Assembly (NCBI GenBank): GCA_963775425.1
Contig: CAVZJB010000003.1
Location: forward strand, 662,274-726,273
Direction of reading: 5' to 3'
DNA from: an uncultured delta proteobacterium
GTDB lineage: Bacteria > Myxococcota > UBA727 > VGSZ01
Length of the DNA: 64,000 nt
The notes beneath the pieces were generated by a model. The model had not been told where the DNA came from. It ran no database searches and was given only the letters and a program-made list of their open reading frames with translations. Numbering within the stretch: the stretch's first letter is position 1; each line of letters begins with the position of its first letter. Below, one piece after another: positions 33,398 to 44,579 of this stretch. The position numbers were made by a program, and so were the translations under genes.

Positions 33398-35521
33398 ATG
33401 GGACTCACGGTACACCGCCGCACCTCGGTCCAGGCACCCTCCAAAACCGAAAAAGTCGCGCCCAAACGCCGCCGGAAGCGCACGACCGCCACGGAGAATC
33501 TCCACGCGCCGGTGCCCAAGGCGGATCCCGCCAAGGTGCTCGCCGCCGGCGGCAAGCGCGGGGTGAGCGCCGTCAACGCCCGCACCTGGACGCCGCCGGC
33601 GAGCGCGCCCCGGCTGGCGCCGGTCAACATCCTCGAGGTCCGGCCCAACGTCGACAGCGGCGACTTCGCCCTCAAGCGCATCGCCGGCGAGACGCTGCGC
33701 GTGCACGCCGACATCCTCAAGGAGGGCCACGACCACGTGCGCGCGGAGGTCGTCGCCACCGACCCGGCGGGCCACGAGCACCGCTTGGAGATGGCCTACG
33801 ACGTCGACCATGACGAGTGGCACGCGGACCTCGACCTCGACGCCATCGGCACCTGGCAGTACCGCATCGAGTCCTTCACCGACCACTTCGGCACCTGGGC
33901 CGAGGGCCTCGGCCGCAAGGTCGGCGCCGGCCGCGACGTGAGCTCCGAGCTCCTCGAGGGGCAGGCGATGCTCGAGGCCGCCGCCAAGCACGCCAAGGGC
34001 CGCGATCGCGCGCTGCTGTTGCAGACGGCGCTCGTCCTCGCGGACCCGTTTGCGTCCTTCGGCGATCGCGCGCAGGCCGTCACCGGCGACGTGCTCGCGC
34101 TCATGCGCCGCTACGAGGCGCCCACCGACCTGTCGACCTCCGCCAGGACCTACGAGGTCGCCGTCGAGCGCGGCCGCGCCAGGACCGGCGCGTGGTACGA
34201 GATGTTCCCGCGCTCGGCCACGGAAGATCCCAAGAAGCACGGCACGCTGCGCCAGGCGGAGAAGCGCCTCGACGACATCCGCTCCATGGGCTTCGACGTC
34301 GTCTACCTGCCGCCCATCCACCCCATCGGCGAGAGCGCGCGCAAGGGCAAGAACAACGCCGAGAACGCCGGCCCCGGCGACGTCGGCAGCCCCTGGGCCA
34401 TCGGCAGCAAGTACGGCGGCCACGACGCCGTGCACCCCGACCTCGGCACCGTCGACGACTTCGTCCACTTCGTGAAGGCGGCCAACGAAAAGGGGATGGA
34501 GGTCGCCCTCGACTTCGCCGTGCAATGCGCGCCGGACCACCCGTGGGTGAAGGAGCACCCGGAGTGGTTCAAGCACCGCCCCGACGGGACCATCCAGTAC
34601 GCGGAGAACCCGCCCAAGATCTACCAGGACATCGTGCAGCTCGACATGTGGGGGCCCGAGCGCGACGACATGTGGAACGCCATCAAGGACGTGATGGACA
34701 CGTGGATCGACCGCGGCGTGAAGATCTTCCGCGTCGACAACCCGCACACCAAGCCGCCGGCGTTCTGGCAGTGGCTCATCCGGGAGGTGCACAAGGAGCA
34801 CCCCGACATCGTGTTCCTCTCGGAGGCGTTCGCGCGGCCGAAGAAGCTCGAGCTCTACGCCAAGCTCGGCTTCTCGCAGAGCTACACGTACTTCACCTGG
34901 AAGAACACGCGCGCCGAGCTCGAGGGCTTCATGAAGGACATCATGAACGCCAGCGACTTCCTCCGGCCCAACTTCTTCGCCAACACGCCCGACATCCTGC
35001 CCGAGTACCTGCAGACCGGTGGCAAGGCCGCGTTCGAGGTGCGCTACGCGCTGGCGGCGACGCTGTCGCCGTCGGCGGGCATCTACTCGGGCTTCGAGCT
35101 GCTCGAGGGAGATGCGCTCAAGGGAGAGGACTACAAAGACAGCGAGAAGTACGAGGTGCGCCCGCGCGACTACGACGCCCCCGGCAACATCAAGGAGTGG
35201 ATCGCCAAGGTGAACTACATCACCCACGCGGAGCCGGCGCTGCAGGAGCTCAAGAACCTGCGGCTGCACAACGCCGACAACGACAAGATCCTGAGCTTCT
35301 CCAAGGGCAACATCCTCGTCGTCGCCAACCTCGACCCGCACAACACGCAGGAGGGCACCGTCCACCTCGACGGCGGCGCCCTCGGCCTCGACGACAACAA
35401 GAGCTACGTCGTGCACGACCTCCTGAGCGGAGAGAAGTTCCCGTGGAAGGGGCTGCACAACTACGTGAAGCTCGACCCTGGCGAGCAGCCCGTGCACATC
35501 TTCAAGATCGAGGAGGCGTGA
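33398..35521 (+). CDS. glgE: Maltosyltransferase GlgE with N-terminal extension
   Basis: WYEMFPRS, YLPPIHPIG, FRVDNPHTKP, FLSEAF, NTPDILP. Confidence 0.96.
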   Translation: MGLTVHRRTSVQAPSKTEKVAPKRRRKRTTATENLHAPVPKADPAKVLAAGGKRGVSAVNARTWTPPASAPRLAPVNILEVRPNVDSGDFALKRIAGETLRVHADILKEGHDHVRAEVVATDPAGHEHRLEMAYDVDHDEWHADLDLDAIGTWQYRIESFTDHFGTWAEGLGRKVGAGRDVSSELLEGQAMLEAAAKHAKGRDRALLLQTALVLADPFASFGDRAQAVTGDVLALMRRYEAPTDLSTSARTYEVAVERGRARTGAWYEMFPRSATEDPKKHGTLRQAEKRLDDIRSMGFDVVYLPPIHPIGESARKGKNNAENAGPGDVGSPWAIGSKYGGHDAVHPDLGTVDDFVHFVKAANEKGMEVALDFAVQCAPDHPWVKEHPEWFKHRPDGTIQYAENPPKIYQDIVQLDMWGPERDDMWNAIKDVMDTWIDRGVKIFRVDNPHTKPPAFWQWLIREVHKEHPDIVFLSEAFARPKKLELYAKLGFSQSYTYFTWKNTRAELEGFMKDIMNASDFLRPNFFANTPDILPEYLQTGGKAAFEVRYALAATLSPSAGIYSGFELLEGDALKGEDYKDSEKYEVRPRDYDAPGNIKEWIAKVNYITHAEPALQELKNLRLHNADNDKILSFSKGNILVVANLDPHNTQEGTVHLDGGALGLDDNKSYVVHDLLSGEKFPWKGLHNYVKLDPGEQPVHIFKIEEA

Positions 35522-35522
35522 G

Positions 35523-37868
35523 ATGCCCCGCGTGAACAAGAACCCCACGCGCGCCCTCCCCGTCGACACCTCCCGCGCGCGCCGCGCCAAGCCCAAGGAC
35601 AAGCCCAAGGAGACGGCCACCACCACGCGCGCCACGCAGAACACCCCCGGGGCCAGCGCGCGCGCTCTCGCGCGCGTCACCGGCGCCGGCGACGGCGCCG
35701 CCGTCCACGACGTCCCCGAGCAGCAGTTGTTGGCGCTGGCGGCCGGCGTGCACTCCGATCCCCACACCATCCTCGGCGCCCACGACGCCGGCGGCGGCAA
35801 GACCCGCGTGCGCGCGCGCTTCGACGACGGCGCGCAGGTGACGCTGGTGTACGAGGCCCCGGCCAAGCTCAACCGCGTGGGGCTGCCCATGCCCTCCAAG
35901 GGCGAGCAGCGGCTCGAGATGAAGCCCGGCGCGCACGGCTTGGTCGAGGCCGACGTCAAAGGCGGGATCGGCAGCTACCACTTCGAGGTCGACGGCAAGC
36001 GCGTCGAGGACCCGTATCGCTTCGCCCCCACCGTGTCCGACCTCGACATCTACCTGTTCAAAGAGGGGAAGCTCGAGGACACCGCGCACCTCCTCGGCGC
36101 CCACGACATGGAGCGAGACGGCGTCAAGGGCTTCAACTTCGTGGTGTGGGCGCCCAACGCCCGCGGCGTCAGCGTCGTCGGCGACTTCAACGACTGGGAC
36201 CCGTCCAGGATGCCGATGCGCAAGCTCGGCGGCGCCGTCTACGAGTTGTTCGTCCCCGAGGTGAAGGGCGGCGACAAGTACATGTTCTCCGTCGCCGGCG
36301 AAAAGGGCGGGCGCACGCTCAAGGCCGACCCCGCCGCGCGCTCGAGCGAGGTGCGCCCCGGCATCGCGTCCGTCACCGCGGGCCGGAGCAAGCACGTGTG
36401 GCACGACGCCTCCTTCATGAAGGCGCGGGCGGCCACCAATCCGCTGTCGCAGCCCGTCAGCACATACGAGGTGCACCTCCCGTCCTGGAAGCGCGAGGAC
36501 GACGGCTCCATGAAGAGCTACCGCGAGCTCGCCGACGAGCTCGTGCCGCACCTGAAGAAGGAAGGCTTCAACGCCATCGAGCTGGTGGGCCTCGCCGAGC
36601 ACCCGCTCGACGACTCGTGGGGATACCAGGTCACCGGCTACTACGCGCCGACCTCGAGGCACGGCTCGCCCGACGACTTCAAGTACTTCATGGACAAGAT
36701 GCACGAGGCCGGCATCCGCGTCATCTACGACTGGGTGCCCGCGCACTACCCCAAGGACCCGCACGGCCTCGCCGACTTCGACGGCACGCACCTGTTCGAC
36801 CACGAAGACCCGCGGCTGGGCGAGCACCTCGACTGGGGCACGCGCATCTTCAACTACGGCCGCTACGAGGTGAAGAGCTTCCTCATCGGCAGCCTGATGC
36901 ACATGCTCGACGAGTATCACCTCGACGGCGTGCGCGTGGACGCCGTGGCCTCCATGCTCTACCGCGACTACTCGCGCACCGAGTGGATCCCCAACGAGGA
37001 CGGCAGCAAGGAGAACCGTGAGGCCATCGCGTTCCTGAAGGAGGCCAACGCGCGCGTGGGAGAGCGCTTCCCCGGCGTGCTGCGCATCGCCGAGGAGTCC
37101 ACCGCGTTCCCCGGGGTCACCTCCAAGGACGGGCTCGGCTTCGATCTCAAGTGGAACATGGGGTGGATGCACGACACCCTCGACTTCTTCCAGACGCCCA
37201 CCGGCGAGCGCGGCCAGCGGCTCGACGAGCTCACCAACACGTTCCTGTGGGCGCACTCGGAGAAGTTCGTCGCGGCGCTCTCGCACGACGAGGTCGTGCA
37301 CCTCAAGAAGTCGCTGATCGAGAAGATGCCGGGCGACGAGTGGCAGAAGCGCGCGAACCTGCGGCTGTTGTTCGGCTTCATGTTCAGTTACCCGGGCCAG
37401 AAGCTCCTGTTCATGGGGAGCGAGCTCGCGCAGCACGGCGAGTGGAACTTCCGAAGCGAGCTCGATTGGCAAAACGCCGACGGCGGCACCGAGCGGCTGC
37501 TCTCCGATCTCAACAAGCTCTACACGGAGGAGCCGGCGCTGTCGCAAAAGCAGTTCGACCCGTCGGGCACGGAGGCGTTCCACCTCGACCGGAACGACGC
37601 CGTCGTGGGGATGCGGCGCAAGGGAGACAAGGCACAGGACGATCTCGTCTTCGTCCACAACCTCACGGAGACCCCGCGCACGGTGCGCCTCGGCGTCGAC
37701 AAGGGGACGTGGAAGGAAATTCTGAACACCGACGCCAAGGCGTACGGCGGCAGCGACGTGCGCAACCCGCGCGCGATGGCGGCGAAGCCGGTGCCCGCCG
37801 ATGAGAAGAAGTACTCAATCGAGGTCACGTTGCCCCCGCTCGCGACCATCGTGTTGAAGCGTCGCTAG
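35523..37868 (+). CDS. glgB: 1,4-alpha-glucan branching enzyme with N-terminal extension
   Basis: VWAPNA, SWGYQ, RVDAVASM, IAEEST, KWNMGWM, SHDEVVH. Confidence 0.96.
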   Translation: MPRVNKNPTRALPVDTSRARRAKPKDKPKETATTTRATQNTPGASARALARVTGAGDGAAVHDVPEQQLLALAAGVHSDPHTILGAHDAGGGKTRVRARFDDGAQVTLVYEAPAKLNRVGLPMPSKGEQRLEMKPGAHGLVEADVKGGIGSYHFEVDGKRVEDPYRFAPTVSDLDIYLFKEGKLEDTAHLLGAHDMERDGVKGFNFVVWAPNARGVSVVGDFNDWDPSRMPMRKLGGAVYELFVPEVKGGDKYMFSVAGEKGGRTLKADPAARSSEVRPGIASVTAGRSKHVWHDASFMKARAATNPLSQPVSTYEVHLPSWKREDDGSMKSYRELADELVPHLKKEGFNAIELVGLAEHPLDDSWGYQVTGYYAPTSRHGSPDDFKYFMDKMHEAGIRVIYDWVPAHYPKDPHGLADFDGTHLFDHEDPRLGEHLDWGTRIFNYGRYEVKSFLIGSLMHMLDEYHLDGVRVDAVASMLYRDYSRTEWIPNEDGSKENREAIAFLKEANARVGERFPGVLRIAEESTAFPGVTSKDGLGFDLKWNMGWMHDTLDFFQTPTGERGQRLDELTNTFLWAHSEKFVAALSHDEVVHLKKSLIEKMPGDEWQKRANLRLLFGFMFSYPGQKLLFMGSELAQHGEWNFRSELDWQNADGGTERLLSDLNKLYTEEPALSQKQFDPSGTEAFHLDRNDAVVGMRRKGDKAQDDLVFVHNLTETPRTVRLGVDKGTWKEILNTDAKAYGGSDVRNPRAMAAKPVPADEKKYSIEVTLPPLATIVLKRR

Positions 37869-38015
37869 CCGCAGCCGACGGGGTGGGCGATTGCGATCGC
37901 ACGGGAACGCGCGGTCGGTGAGCGTAAACGCTCGGCGTCCGACGGATCGCGCGCGTCACGAACGCGCGCGGTGATGGCCCGCCGCTTGCGTTTGGCGCCG
38001 CGGGGGAAGTCAGGG

Positions 38016-38636
38016 ATGGCAGAGAGCCTCGCAGTCGAGGGAACCAAGCTGCGCCTCGCGCACTGGTTCCCGCCGGAGCCGCGCGCCGTCATCGTCGTCG
38101 CGCAGGGCGGAAACGCCCGTCTGGGGAAGCGCGCGCGCGCCCTCGCGGCCCACGCGCTGGACGCGTCTTACGGCGTGCTCTTCGTCCACCTGTTGTCGCC
38201 GGACGAGGCCGCGGCCGACGCAGCGACGGGAGCGCACCGGTTCAACGTCGGGCTGCTCGGCCGGCGCCTCGCCGGCGCCCTCGAGGCCGCCGACGTCGCC
38301 GGCCGCGTGCGCGGGCTCGCCCTCGGGCTCTGCGCCTCGGGCACCGGCGCCGCCGCCGCGCTGGTCGCCGCGGCGAAGCACCCGGACGTCGTGCGGGCGG
38401 TCGTCTGCTACGCCGGGCGCCCCGACCTCGCGTCGCCCATCCTCCATCGCGTGCGCGCGCGCACCCGCCTCATCGTCGGTGGGCGCGACCTGCACGGCGT
38501 CCGCGCCAACTGCGCGGCGCTGCCGAGCCTGCCGCGCCACAGCGAGCTGTCCCTCGTCCCCGGCGCCGGCGCCGGCCTCGACGACGACGCCTCCATCCGC
38601 GCAGTCGCCGCGCTCGCCACGAGCTGGCTCGACTGA
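38016..38636 (+). CDS. Degenerate alpha/beta-hydrolase (dienelactone hydrolase-like)
   Basis: LLSPDE..HRFNV.LL..RL, TGAAAALVAAA, GRPDLA, LIVGGRD. Confidence 0.7.
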   Translation: MAESLAVEGTKLRLAHWFPPEPRAVIVVAQGGNARLGKRARALAAHALDASYGVLFVHLLSPDEAAADAATGAHRFNVGLLGRRLAGALEAADVAGRVRGLALGLCASGTGAAAALVAAAKHPDVVRAVVCYAGRPDLASPILHRVRARTRLIVGGRDLHGVRANCAALPSLPRHSELSLVPGAGAGLDDDASIRAVAALATSWLD

Positions 38637-38776
38637 CGGTCGGAAGGTTCGACCAGCGCGACGAAAGAATCGTCCGACGCGCCGGGAAAACCTGGCACTC
38701 CGCCACGTCGAAGATCGCGCGGTGCGCCCTCGCGTCCATGTCGTTACAACGATAGACGCCGCGCGGGGGACATCAC

Positions 38777-40120
<1,344 letters not shown>

Positions 40121-40122
40121 GC

Positions 40123-40962
40123 TCAGCCGCCGGTGGTCTCTTCGAACAGCGCGACGAACGCCGGCATGCTGCGGACGACGTCGAAGAAGCGGTCGCCCTC
40201 GACCCAGGCGCGCACGCGATCGCGGTCGACCTCGACGGCGCGCGCGAGGGCGTCGATGCACGCCTTGGCCTCGCCCTGCGCCGCCCGCAGCGCGGCCATG
40301 TGATAGTTGGCCATGATGTCGCCGGCGTCGATCTCGAGCGCCTTCTGCAGCGCCTTCTCGGCCTCCTCGTAGAAGCCCTTGGTGGCGTAGCAGTTGCCGA
40401 GGTCCACCCAGGCGTCGAGGTTGTCCGCCTCGTGTTTCACGACGTCGCGGAGGTGCGGGATGGCCTCGCCGGGCTTGCCGATGTCCATGAGGACGGTGGC
40501 GAGCTCGTGGCGGGCGACGGGGTCGCGCGGGTCGAGGTCGAGGGCGACCTGGTACTCCTTGAGCGCGTCCTGGAACAAGCCCCGCTCCGCGAGCGTGAGC
40601 CCGAGGTTCAGGTGGGCGTCGGGGTAGTCCCACTCGAGCTCGATGGTCTCCTTGTACTCGCGCACCGCGAGCTCGTGTCCGTGCGTGGCGAGGAAGCAAG
40701 CCAGGTTGTAGTGCGCCGTGGGCGACTGGGGCTCGAGGTCGATGGCGAGCATGTATTCGCGCAGCGCTTCCCGGAACAAGCCCTTCTCCGCGTACACGGT
40801 GGCGAGGTTGTCGTGCGCGTGGGCGCTGTCGGGGTCGAGGTCGATCGCCTTCTTGAATTCGCGGACGGACTCGTCGAGCCACCCGCGATCCGCGAGCTCG
40901 ATGCCCTTTTGGTTGTGGAAGTCGGACTGCGCGAGGCGGTCGAACTTCTCCTTGTCGGCCAT
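40123..40962 (-). CDS. Tetratricopeptide repeat protein
   Basis: About 7 tandem 34-aa TPRs (AHxNLA/G...A..EY..A). Confidence 0.9.
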   Translation of the reverse strand: MADKEKFDRLAQSDFHNQKGIELADRGWLDESVREFKKAIDLDPDSAHAHDNLATVYAEKGLFREALREYMLAIDLEPQSPTAHYNLACFLATHGHELAVREYKETIELEWDYPDAHLNLGLTLAERGLFQDALKEYQVALDLDPRDPVARHELATVLMDIGKPGEAIPHLRDVVKHEADNLDAWVDLGNCYATKGFYEEAEKALQKALEIDAGDIMANYHMAALRAAQGEAKACIDALARAVEVDRDRVRAWVEGDRFFDVVRSMPAFVALFEETTGG

Positions 40963-40971
40963 GAGGTCACC

Positions 40972-42216
40972 TTACGAAGACGAGTGCTCGCGTGTCACGC
41001 GCGGACGACGGCGGGAAGGCGGGACGGGGGCGGCGGCGACCTCCCGCTCCTGGGCGGCGATCTCGGCGTCGAGTTGCATGGCCCGCGCCCGCGCCGCACG
41101 GAATACTGTGGCGAGGATGCTCATGAGCGGGACCGCGAGGAGCGCGCCGACGATGCCGTAGAAGCGCTCGCCGACGACGAGGGCGAGGATGATGAGCACC
41201 GGATGGATGCGCGCCGCCGCGCCCATGATCTTGGCGTTCAAGAAGTGCTGCAGAAAATGGATGAGGATGATCCACACGACGGCGAGGAGCGTCTTCTCGA
41301 CGCCGCTCGGCAGCGCGACCATCACGATGGGCACCGTCGACAGGATGCTCCCGAAGATGGGTACGAGCGAGAACACCGCCGCCAGGGTGGCGAGCAGGAA
41401 CGCGAACTTGATGTGCAAGAGCCAGAGCCCGACGAACGTGAGCGCGCCGTTGATGAGGCAGATGGTGAGCTGCCCGCGGATGACGCTCGAGAGCCCGCGG
41501 TCAACGCGCGCGATGAGGTCCTTGACCTTGTTGCGGTCGGAGACCGGGGCGAGGGAGACCAGGAAGTCGACGATGTCGTCGGCGTCGGCCGCGATGAACG
41601 CCGTGAGCATGAGCACGAGGAAGGTCTTGAAGACGGCGCCGACGATGCCGGCCACGATGAGCTGCACCGACGACAACATCGCGCGCGCCTCCGCCGCCAA
41701 CGCCGCCTTGATGTCGCGGACGACACCCTCGGCCATCTGGACGAGGTTGATGGCGATCTCGCCGGTGCTGTTGGCGCTCTCCGGCTCGCCGGGGGTGACG
41801 ATGCGGACGGGGAGGTTGTAGCGGTCGAAGGTCTCCTTGAGGCGCTCGCCGAGGGCGGCGATGTGCGCGTCGTCGAGCTTGTTGAGGAGCTCGGTGGCCT
41901 CTTTGGCGAGGCGCGCGGCCTCCCGGTACAGCTGCGGGATGAAGATGGCGGCGAACAGCCACAGGAGCGCGGCCAGGCCGGCGTAGACGACGAGGACGGC
42001 GCCCCAACGCGGGAGGCTGCGCCCTCGCCAGCGCACGGCGGAGAGCCGGCGCACCGCCGGGGCGAGGACGTAGGCGAAGACGAACGCGAGGACGAACGGG
42101 AGCAACACCTCGCGCACGACGATGAGCACGACGACCGCGGGGACCCACAGCGCGAGGAGCAGCGTCGTGCGGCGGGCGCGCTTGTCCTGGAGCAGGCGGC
42201 CGAGGCGGCTGTTCAC
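40972..42216 (-). CDS. AI-2E family transporter
   Basis: LLPFVLAFVFAYVLAP, IRGQL, SLVPIFG, IHPVLIILAL..G. Confidence 0.9.
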   Translation of the reverse strand: MNSRLGRLLQDKRARRTTLLLALWVPAVVVLIVVREVLLPFVLAFVFAYVLAPAVRRLSAVRWRGRSLPRWGAVLVVYAGLAALLWLFAAIFIPQLYREAARLAKEATELLNKLDDAHIAALGERLKETFDRYNLPVRIVTPGEPESANSTGEIAINLVQMAEGVVRDIKAALAAEARAMLSSVQLIVAGIVGAVFKTFLVLMLTAFIAADADDIVDFLVSLAPVSDRNKVKDLIARVDRGLSSVIRGQLTICLINGALTFVGLWLLHIKFAFLLATLAAVFSLVPIFGSILSTVPIVMVALPSGVEKTLLAVVWIILIHFLQHFLNAKIMGAAARIHPVLIILALVVGERFYGIVGALLAVPLMSILATVFRAARARAMQLDAEIAAQEREVAAAPVPPSRRRPRVTREHSSS

Positions 42217-42247
42217 CCGGAGGTGGTCGACGAAGACGGCGCCGGCG

Positions 42248-42454
42248 TCAATGCCTGCCGTCGTCGTCGTCGCGCGCGAGCCTGCCGACGTGCGGCGCGA
42301 TCACGAGCACCGTCGCCGCGAGCAGAGCGACGCTGAGCGCGATGAGCGTCACCGGAGCCTCGAGGACGAGCGCGACGGCGAACGTGACGACGGCGGCGAG
42401 GGCGGCGACCTTCAACACCACCCGGGCCCACGAGAGCGCGACGACGATCCCCAT
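42248..42454 (-). CDS. Small two-TM membrane protein
   Basis: GAGGAG RBS; two hydrophobic helices. Confidence 0.6.
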   Translation of the reverse strand: MGIVVALSWARVVLKVAALAAVVTFAVALVLEAPVTLIALSVALLAATVLVIAPHVGRLARDDDDGRH

Positions 42455-42594
42455 CGCCTGATGCTCCTCGTGCCCGGGCGCGCTGTCAACGCTCACGGTG
42501 CGGTCTTCTCGGGCTGCGCCAGAACGCCCGCCTGGCCCGCGGGCGGTGCCCGAGAGGGGTTGCGCTCGGTGCCGCGCTCGCGTCTCGTCGGGCC

Positions 42595-43161
42595 ATGCGC
42601 TCGAAAGCACCGGCCGCCCCCACGCCCGTCGTCGTCGCGCTCGTCCCCGCCGCGCTCGCCGCCGTGCTCGCCGTCGCCGGCTGCCCCGCGCCGGGCGGCG
42701 GCGACTGCGCGGCGCCGGCGGACTGCGCGCAGCCCGACGACGCCCCCTGCGGGCGCTGCGCGCCGCTGGCCACGTCCTTGTGCCTCGCGGGCGCCTGCGA
42801 GGACCGCGCCGCCGACGCCGTCGACGTCAGCGCCACCTTCAGCATCGATCGCCACATCAGCCCCGAGCCGCAGGGCCTCGCCTTCGCCGTCGCCGCTCGC
42901 GACCGCTCGTGCGCCGACCTCGGGTCCTTCGCGGCGTTCCCCGCGAACCTGAACGCGCTCGCCTCCGGCCAGAAGACCCTCAGCGGCGGCACCTTCCACC
43001 CCGACGTCGCCCTCGGCCGCGTGCCCGAAGGCGACGTCCTTGTGCTCGCGCTCGCCACCTCGGGGCCGGCGGGCGGCGGCGATGTCGTCGCCCACGGCTG
43101 CGCCGAGGCCACCGCGGCGCAGCCGTCCCTCGCCGTCCCCGCGATGGATCTGGCCCCCTGA
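42595..43161 (+). CDS. Cys-rich lipoprotein
   Basis: VAGC lipobox; C...DC...C..C...C..G.C motif. Confidence 0.72.
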   Translation: MRSKAPAAPTPVVVALVPAALAAVLAVAGCPAPGGGDCAAPADCAQPDDAPCGRCAPLATSLCLAGACEDRAADAVDVSATFSIDRHISPEPQGLAFAVAARDRSCADLGSFAAFPANLNALASGQKTLSGGTFHPDVALGRVPEGDVLVLALATSGPAGGGDVVAHGCAEATAAQPSLAVPAMDLAP

Positions 43162-43295
43162 TCCGGCGCCGCGCGCAAAAATCGCGGCGTCCGGACGGAC
43201 ATCCCCAGGAGGGCCCTCGCCGGCCCAGGGGATGCGCCTATGTTCTTGGTCGGGTACAAGATGAGGTATGCCCACGGCCCCACCGGGCAGGAAGG

Positions 43296-43313
43296 CCTGA
43301 ACGGAGTTTCAGG
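43296..43313. promoter_or_regulatory. Palindromic operator CCTGAA-N6-TTCAGG (LexA-box-like)
   Basis: Arms and spacing match the Myxococcus LexA consensus CTRHAMRYBYGTTCAGS; four central mismatches. Confidence 0.35.
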
Positions 43314-43368
43314 GGCGCCGTGGACGGAGATCGCGCCGCAGTCGATCGTCACCGGGCTGCGGCGGTTC

Positions 43369-44397
43369 ATGGCTCGTGGGCGGCCCGGCCCGGCCTCCCG
43401 GGCACCAAGGAGATCCTCACTGCACTTCGTCGTCGAGCCCCTGAAGGTCCCGAGCATCGTGCGCCCGAGCCACGAGCCACAGGTGCTGTACGTGCGCCTC
43501 GCGGCGCCGGCGCAGGCGGGGACCGTCGCGGTGCTCCCCGGCGTGGGCGCCGCGATTGTCGAGGAGATATCGCGGGCCGCGCGGCAGAGCGTGAAGGTGC
43601 AGCGGGCCGTCCTCGTCGGCGCCGACAGCATCCTCGACCCCGCCGCCGAGGACGCGGCCGGCCGCGAGGAGGCGCTCGCTGCGCTCGTCGACGCGTTCGC
43701 GGCGTTTCGCGCGGCGCGGCTGCCCTTCGTGTGGCGGACGCGCGGCGGGATCGACGGCCCTCTGCCGCACGCCCTCGGCCAGGCCCTCGTCGACGCCGGC
43801 GGGCTCGCCACCGTGGAGATTGGCGTGCCCACGCTCGACCACGAGCTGTGCACCGCGCTCGAGGGCCACACCGGCGCGGCGCCCGATCATCGAATGCGCC
43901 TGGCGACGGCGCTGGCGTCGCGGGGCGTGCACGTGCGCGGCCTCGTGGATCCGCTCGTGCCGATGCTCACGGACCAGGAGCAGAGCCTCGAGGCGTTGAT
44001 GGAGGCCTTCGCGGACGCCGGCGTCCACAAGGTCGGCGCGCGCTACATCGTGCTCACCCGCGAGCGCGCCCGCGCGGTGGCCGCGCGCCTCGCCGGCATG
44101 CAGCGGGCGCTGTTGCAGGGCGTGTTCGCCGACGAGCCCTGGCAAAAGCCTGACCCGGAGGACACCGGGCCGCGCGAGGTCCACAAGCGCATCCCGGCGC
44201 ACCTGCGCCGCTCCGGTCACCACCGGCTGCTCGAGGCCGGCGCGCGCCACGGCGTGTTCGTCGACATCCTCGACCCCGTGGAGGGCGCCGAGGATCTGTC
44301 CGCCGAAGGCGCGCCCGAGGCAGATGTGCCGCCGGACAAGCCGCGGGCCAGGGTGCGCCGGCGTCCCCAGCTCGAGCTGTTCCGAAGATCCCGGTGA
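43369..44397 (+). CDS. SPL/PA0069-like radical SAM homologue lacking CxxxCxxC
   Basis: VEIGVPTLD..L...LE...P..R......L...G..V....DPLVPMLTD..SLEAL...FADAG pattern; C-terminal QLELF. Confidence 0.65.
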   Translation: MARGRPGPASRAPRRSSLHFVVEPLKVPSIVRPSHEPQVLYVRLAAPAQAGTVAVLPGVGAAIVEEISRAARQSVKVQRAVLVGADSILDPAAEDAAGREEALAALVDAFAAFRAARLPFVWRTRGGIDGPLPHALGQALVDAGGLATVEIGVPTLDHELCTALEGHTGAAPDHRMRLATALASRGVHVRGLVDPLVPMLTDQEQSLEALMEAFADAGVHKVGARYIVLTRERARAVAARLAGMQRALLQGVFADEPWQKPDPEDTGPREVHKRIPAHLRRSGHHRLLEAGARHGVFVDILDPVEGAEDLSAEGAPEADVPPDKPRARVRRRPQLELFRRSR

Positions 44398-44579
44398 GAC
44401 TCGTGCGCTTCCTGGTCTTCGGCGTCGCGTGCGTCCTGTGCGCGCCGGCGGCGCCCTACGCCATCCTCGTCGCCTTCCTCGCCGCGGCCGGTGAGCGCCG
44501 CGCGCGCGCCGCCCGCCGGGGACGGGGCGGGCGCCTCGTTGGCAGCGTGTTGCGGGGTGTGGCAAGACGGACGGCATGA
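44394..44579 (+). CDS. Putative small membrane protein
   Basis: Start overlaps the upstream stop (GTGA) and stop overlaps the downstream start (ATGA); hydrophobic N-half. Confidence 0.4.
   Translation: MRLVRFLVFGVACVLCAPAAPYAILVAFLAAAGERRARAARRGRGGRLVGSVLRGVARRTA

Noticed and set aside
38690-38710. Sigma-54 promoter (TGGCAC)
   Set aside because: No TTGC -12 element at the required spacing
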